The notes beneath the pieces are model-generated. The model had not been told where the DNA came from. It did no database searches and saw nothing but the letters and a program-made list of their open reading frames with translations. DNA of 52,876 nt, filler included, from Sphacelaria rigidula (Eukaryota): NCBI GenBank assembly GCA_964200075.2. It is 4 parts of 4 records of this genome, joined end to end, with 100 filler letters (N's around TTAATTAATTAA, not from the genome) between each part and the next. Parts side by side here need not be neighbours in the genome. Positions count along the whole stretch, not along the records: positions 39,735 to 52,876 come from CAXNAA020003119.1; 3 more parts are not named here. One strand, given 5' to 3'. Positions within the stretch are counted from its first letter, which is position 1; every line of letters starts with the position of its first letter. Shown here in pieces: positions 50,301 to 52,876 of the stretch. The translations under genes and the position numbers were made by a program.

Positions 50301-51311
50301 ACCGCTTCGCCCATTTAATCCAAGTGATACAGGAGACTCCAGTAATGGAGGTCACGAGTTCAAATCCCGACGGATTACCTTTTTTTTTTCCCCGTCGGTA
50401 AGTTCATACACTATGCAGTACATTGTTTTCATTTTTTATTTCATTCAGCGGCGGTGGCGTGCGTTACCAGGTTGGTCTGCAGGTCACACCGATATACTGC
50501 AGTCGGGCTGAGTTGGTGAAGTTGATGAGGTATGGTGTGACATGCAAATGTGGGATTTTCTGCTGTCCTAGCTCGTACACATTTTCCCAACTTCATTCGT
50601 GTACCTAGTCCAGGTAACAGTGGTGGCCCGAGTCTAAAAGTCTGATCACGACACATCCCACCGTTCGATTATTTCGCAGAACCGTCATAGCGTAGTCAAC
50701 CCTGTTCTTTCTCGTGAGGTACGGTGTACGGACGTTGTAGGCCGTCCCTTTGGGCTCCCATATACGCGACCTAGCTCTAGCCCCATCTAACTTTACATGT
50801 CTTTCTCTGGGGCCTAGAAAAGGTATACCTTCTCGTTTTCTGCCTAAGAAAGGTACAAAAATGATAGGAAACACGAAAACAGCAAAACACACAATCTAGA
50901 CCGATTTCGCTCCGAATTTTCACGCACAGCAATCGGGGGCTCCTCGGCACCCGGGCCTGAAAAAAATCCAGAAAAGAACATGTTTACTCGCGAGATATGG
51001 CCATGCGCAGAAAGAATGACGTCTCGACTTCAGAAACCGCTTCCCCTTTTTAGGCCAAATTTCGGCCAGGTATACCTGATCTAGGAATTCTTTTTCAATC
51101 GTACCTTATCCGGGCCACCAGTGGGCCTACAAAGTACCTATCGTGTGCCATCGCTTCCCACACTGTACCTGATGCGGTACACTGCGCGCAAGGGAATCTA
51201 TGCACCAACTCCAACCATGGCGCCCACACATTCGGCTTTTTTCCCGCCCATTTTTCGTTCACAAACGCCGCAACGACCAGATGTCACTAACCCTAACGCC
51301 ACAACCAGTTA

Positions 51312-51524
51312 CCCTTTAAGGACCGGACCCCCCGCAATGGTATGTCCGTGATACTTCTCCCCACTTTTCCCCCACAATCGTGTGTTAGTGGCAGATGTCC
51401 ATCATTTCTGTTTCCAAGTCAAAATGATGGCAATTCACACATCGGCATCATTCTGATTTGGAAACAACACGAATGGACATCTGCCACTAACACACGATTG
51501 CGGGGGGACAGGGTTCCAAAAGGG
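51312..51524. mobile_element. piggyBac-like MITE
   Basis: Right end GGGTTCCAAAAGGG as at 17103-17116 (there followed by TTAA); internal inverted arms of about 60 bp at 51370-51429 and 51446-51505. Confidence 0.65.
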
Positions 51525-52876
51525 TAATACGGAACATGGCACTAGCCCCAGATCGCAACGGCACGATGTTGCAGAACACTCCGCAAGCGCAAAAGACCGA
51601 CGCGTTGTGAGTTGTGAGTCTAGTTCTTGTGTCGATGCAAAGAGACTCAAGAACCATTTCCGGCGAGAAAGGGGTGTACCACACCCCCCCTAGCACGGCA
51701 GGAGACGCGAGGGAATCATAGCACAACGTGCCAAACACCAACAATTTTTTTCATCTTGTGAGGACCCCGGAAGGCGTCGTCAGGTGCGTGCTGTACCAGA
51801 CGCTTCTGACAGGGCACCCACGACAGGGGAGCAACTACGGTGCAGGTCGTGCACTCTCGTGGCCCTTGTCTTCTGGCCTACTGTACTACTGCCTGCGTTG
51901 TAGTCCGACATGCCCGATGCTGAATGCGGACAATAAACTAAATTATACTCCACCGACCTACACTACTCTGGTGTTTGAGAATTCCTTCCGTAGCGTTTCA
52001 TGTCAACCTGGTGCTGAAAGCGATCGCGCGTGACACCGCCCCACGCCGACACCTGATCCGTGGTTGTTGCTTCAATCGCTCCCGCCATTACCTCTGTGCA
52101 CCGACCGGTATGGTCTGCGCGAGTCGCCAAAACTCTCTCTTCACTCACGGGTATGTCGACAAGAAAAGGTTCCGCCGTTTCTTGCCAGCTGCAGCACGAG
52201 TCGCCAACGACTGCAGCAGCTTAGACTCCATACGCTCGGGTGCGAGAGGAGCATTTTTCTGCCGCTATAATGAGCTGCCGGTATACAGCATGTGCGTCGC
52301 CGTTTGCGTCATACATCGTCCCGGCCGCTTTCAAGGACTCTTCATTCCGATACGCAGATCTCATGACGGCGACGTTCTCTGTTGGCCGTGGGGCTATTCC
52401 AAATTTTTGCCACTAAGACGAGTGGAATCTGGATATAAACTGGGTTTAGTGTAGACTACCCAGCCAGAAAAGTTCGGGAATAGGTGCTGTACTAACCCAC
52501 GGCCACCCTCGGTTAGCGTTTTTGGCCCCAAAATGGTTAAGATGTCACAACCACCACGATGCTTCTCAGTCAACACTGAGTTTGTGACTCCGTGGTTATT
52601 GTGAAACCTTGACAAAGCATGTCTTGATGTCCGTCCAAGCTGTTGAGTTTGTAGATCAAACTCCCTGTTTCGCCCCAGAGTTTTCATCCCTGTAACCGAT
52701 GCTGCTCCGATGTAGGGTCTACTGTGGCTATTCTGGCCTCTAAGCGCGTCTGCACCCGCACCGCCGCGTTTCCCTGTTTTTTCATCACGTCAAAGAACTC
52801 GGCCGAAAACGATCTGGGGGGGGGGGGGGGGGGGGGGGTTGGTTTTTGGTTGGCTTGCTTGTTTTTCGTGTTACCG

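Overview
Eukaryotic, intron-rich, repeat-dense genomic DNA. Long GT-AG introns and the repeat types suggest a brown alga or related stramenopile (inference). The window is not contiguous: it is four contigs of 13146, 13145, 13143 and 13142 bp joined by identical artificial 100-bp spacers (N44-TTAATTAATTAA-N44), so it looks like a length-sorted concatenation. Contig 1 holds decayed non-LTR retrotransposons and three exons of an uncharacterised protein with an ECTFTPKI motif. Contig 2 holds two probable exons of an unknown minus-strand gene among SINEs, LINE ends and MITEs. Contig 3 holds 11 exons (440 aa, 5'-partial) of a eukaryote/archaeal-type prolyl-tRNA synthetase. Contig 4 holds an ankyrin gene with about 11 repeats, preceded by a 470-bp near-perfect foldback element and followed by a decayed RTE-like LINE. 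The most unusual pattern is a non-LTR retroelement family whose 3' ends sit in oligo(C) tracts, with C-run-containing target-site duplications and stacking next to earlier copies. No CRISPR array, rRNA or genuine tRNA gene was found.
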